Assembly (NCBI RefSeq): GCF_009914755.1
Contig: NC_060927.1
Source: the human T2T-CHM13v2.0 reference genome, Homo sapiens
Reading direction: 5' to 3' (one strand)
Length of the DNA stretch: 64,000 nt
In this document: positions 58,107 through 64,000 of the stretch, piece by piece
Layout: every line of letters starts with the position of its first letter
Position numbering within the stretch: position 1 is the first letter of the stretch
Translations under genes and position numbers: made by a program
Notes under the pieces: model-generated
Database searches by the model: none
What the model saw: the letters and a program-made list of their open reading frames with translations, nothing else
What the model was told of the DNA's origin: nothing

Positions 58107-58408
58107 CAAATACTCCTTGACTTACAAGGGGGTTACCTCCTGATAAACCTATGATAAGTCAAAAATATCATAAAGCAAAAATGCATTCATTGCTGGCAAC
58201 ACAGCAGACAGTCTCCTACTTACAATATTTCAACTTATGATTTTTCCACTTTACAATAGTGCAAAAGCAATACATATTCACTAGGAATAGTAACCCCATC
58301 ATAAGTTGCAAGGAGCTCCTCAATTTATGATGTGGTTAAGTCCTGATAAACCCATCATAAAGTCCAAAAATCATGAGTTGAAGCATCATAAGTCAGGAAC
58401 CATCTGTA
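58107..58408. mobile_element. MER47-like (TcMar-Tigger) element
   Basis: ctccttgacttacaagggggttacctcctgataaacc ... cataagtcaggaaccatctgta, with internally repeated TIR-like segments. Confidence 0.7.
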
Positions 58409-58579
58409 CTGATGTTTATGTAGACCTAATAAGTTATGTACAGGACTCGTATGCAACGAACTACAAAATGCCGATAACAGAAACCAAATAATCTAAATAA
58501 ACAGAAAGACATTTTATATATCTATGTTACCTGCTGACCACTAAAGCCATTTGAGTTTGCCACTCTTGAGATTTATATG

Positions 58580-59345
<766 letters not shown>

Positions 59346-59624
59346 ACAACAAATTTATTTCTTTTTATGCAGGTTTCTGCAATGTATTATGGTTTACTTT
59401 ACCATTGTCCTGTTGGGTTCTAATGTACATCCTTGTATGTAAATCTTGGAACATCTCTGATTATTTTTCTTTATGAAAAGTTCTTGGTTTCATAAGTGAG
59501 GCAAAGGATTAATGTATCTTGATTTAAAATTCCAAATTTTATTCTAGAAACGCTGTGCTAATTTACTTAAGATATACAGCAATACACATTTATCTAATAT
59601 TTTCATCAATATTAGACATCATTA

Positions 59625-59840
59625 ATTTTTATTTGAGACAAGTTCTCGCTCTGTCACCCAGGCTGGAGTATAGTGGTGTGATCACAGCTCACTGCAGCCT
59701 CAACCTCCCAGGCTTAGGCAAGCCTCCCATCTCAGCCTCCCTAGTAGCTGAGATCACAGGCACACCCCCGCCCCCCAACTTCTGGCTAATACTTTTTATT
59801 ATTATTGTAGAGATGTGGTCTTCCTATGTTTCTCAGGCTT
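59625..59840 (-). mobile_element. AluJ, partial
   Basis: gatcacagctcactgcagcctcaacctcccaggct; left arm truncated. Confidence 0.82.
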
Positions 59841-60143
59841 TTTTTAAAAAAGTATTGCCAATATGAAAGATTTTTAAATGTTAACTGGTTGTTTTGGTTT
59901 ATTTTTTCATTTTTTATTACTGTTGAAGGCAAATATTTTCCATAGGATTATTGGTATTTGTATTTCCTTTTTGTGAATTATCTGTTTATATTCTTTGCTC
60001 ACTTTTCTACTGTAATATTTGTTTTCTAATTTACTTATTAAAACCCTGCATATGTGAAAGAGATTAATTTTGGTTTGTCATGTATTCTATGGCTATTATT
60101 ATTAATAGTATGTTTTAAAACCTGTTTGAAGCAATCTGGGGAG

Positions 60144-60567
60144 TGTTTCAAGATGGGCAGGCCTATGCAAACCTACCCCAAAGTCCAAGGAGGCTGAAAG
60201 GCCAAAGAAAAGAGACTGATGTATCCAGTTCCTTAGAAAGAAACATTTAATAACAACTTGCTAACAGAAGCTATGTCTGCATCTCAGGTGGTAGTGAGAC
60301 AAGATGGAGGATCCCTACACCATTATCCCTCAGACCCAGGGCTTCTATACCATAGAGAAGGGGTGGTTCAGAAGGAATGTGTAGGACAGCTGAAGTACGA
60401 TAACACCGAGGTTGCTTGACCTAAAGGCAGGATTTACATTAAGTACGTGCTTTTACACAAGGAACAATAGGTAAACTGGAAATCTGAGAGGCCCTCCCAG
60501 AACAGGGGCTAGTCAGAAGCCAACATGGTGGATTTGCTCCCAAGATGGAATTGCTTTGGCCTCTACT
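60144..60567 (-). mobile_element. LTR47-like solo LTR inside an old antisense L1M
   Basis: Reverse strand starts gtagaggccaaagcaattccatcttgg; 5-bp TSD gggag (60139-60143, 60568-60572). Confidence 0.7.
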
Positions 60568-61169
60568 GGGAGTACAGAAACTTCATTTTCATGTAGTTCA
60601 CCCAATTTTTCTTTGTTACCTGAAGTAAGATATTGACCATATTTTATTCAAGTTTTTATTGCTTAATATTTTTACATTTGCTTCTCCAATAAACTAAGAA
60701 TTTATTTGATTTATAGCAAGAACTAAAATCTAATTTTCCCCCTATTTAACAAGTTGCTCAAGCACTACTTACAAAACAATGCAGCCTTTCTCTAGTGATT
60801 TGGATGCTACTTCTATCATATGTGAAATTATTTTACTGTTTTGTCTGCTTCCAGGCTTTCTATTCTATTCTACTGGTCTGACACTTACTAATTATGTTAG
60901 TTTTAAAATATATATTAATACATAGCTGTAAGACATCTTTCATCCCCTCCACTCATCATTACTGTTCTTTATCAACATTTTCATGACTATTCTTATTTAT
61001 TCACTTTTCATGTGAAATTCAGAATAATTTTGTCAAAACTCCCATTAACATTTCCATGAAAACATCATTAAATCTATAAATTAACTTTCCTATCACAAGA
61101 CATGATATATCTTTTTCATTTATTGGTTTCTTACTATCTCGAAATTTTGCAATTCTCATCAGATCACAT

Positions 61170-61478
61170 TTTTGTTATTTATTTATTTTGGGGGACAGTT
61201 TTGTGCTCTGTCACCCAGACTGGAGTACAGTGGTGCAATCAGGGCTTACTGCAGTCTCAACCTCCTGAGCTCAAGTAATCCTTTCACCTCGACCTCCTGA
61301 GTAGCTGGGATTAGAGGCTCATGCCTCCACATCCAGCTATTTTTTTTTTTTTTTTTTTTTTTGTAGAAATGGCTCTCACTGTGTTGCCTAGGCTGGCCTT
61401 GAACTCCTGGGCTCAAGCAATCCTGCTGCCTCGGCCTCCCAAAGTGCTGGCATTACAGGCATGGCCACCATGCCCAGC
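61170..61478 (-). mobile_element. AluJ
   Basis: actgcagtctcaacctcctgagctcaag ... gaactcctgggctcaagcaatcc. Confidence 0.88.
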
Positions 61479-61479
61479 A

Positions 61480-63590
<2,111 letters not shown>

Positions 63591-64000
63591 AAATATAATT
63601 ATCTACTCATTAGTTTGGTTCTCCTTATTGCTCAATGCCTATGTCTTTCTTTTCTTTTTTTTTTCTCAATGCATATTTCTGAATGAGTTGAAGAATCTGA
63701 GTGGTCACCACCAGCCTGAGGACTCTGAAAAATCTAAACTTTATTACTTATAATAATACTTCAGTTGATAAGCATATGAAATGTTTAAAGAATATCACAA
63801 ACCAATGTATCAGCAAATGAATATGTATGAATTAGATGAAAATGAACAGAAATAAAGAGTGCTAGGGATACAAGTAAAAATATTACAAAAACTTAGCCAT
63901 CACCACATGCTAAAACTCTCTCAGAGTTGACTAAATTAACATACTGGAAACAAGCAAACTAAGATGCAATAAGGTTTAAATGTACGTCAGCATATAATTG

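Overview
Primate (human-like) genomic DNA, AT-rich and dominated by transposable elements, probably intergenic or deep intronic. I find no host protein-coding gene, RNA gene or CRISPR array. Every ORF with a recognisable product is a LINE-1 ORF1/ORF2 fragment; the others are Alu, LTR or antisense-L1 read-throughs or short ORFs with no recognisable product. Bases 1-25,300 are nested L1s: an old full-length + strand L1PA15/16-like copy split by a younger L1PA, two THE1 LTRs and a FLAM, then a - strand L1MA split by Alus, a THE1 and two young L1PA copies, one near full length. The remainder holds MaLR/ERV solo LTRs, Tigger-type DNA transposons, Alus, MIR/L2 relics and a few unique stretches. The strongest signals not explained by repeat names are: (1) a 195-bp, 96%-identical inverted repeat at 57,093-57,575 packed with ACTAGT units; (2) a 25-bp inverted copy of a neighbouring Alu monomer inside a TA microsatellite; (3) an L1 truncated just past its ORF0 start codon; (4) a candidate minus-strand exon at 48,864-48,991. 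I cannot support a new multi-gene system from this sequence. Subfamily names come from recalled consensus sequences, not a database search, and boundaries without target-site duplications (TSDs) are approximate.
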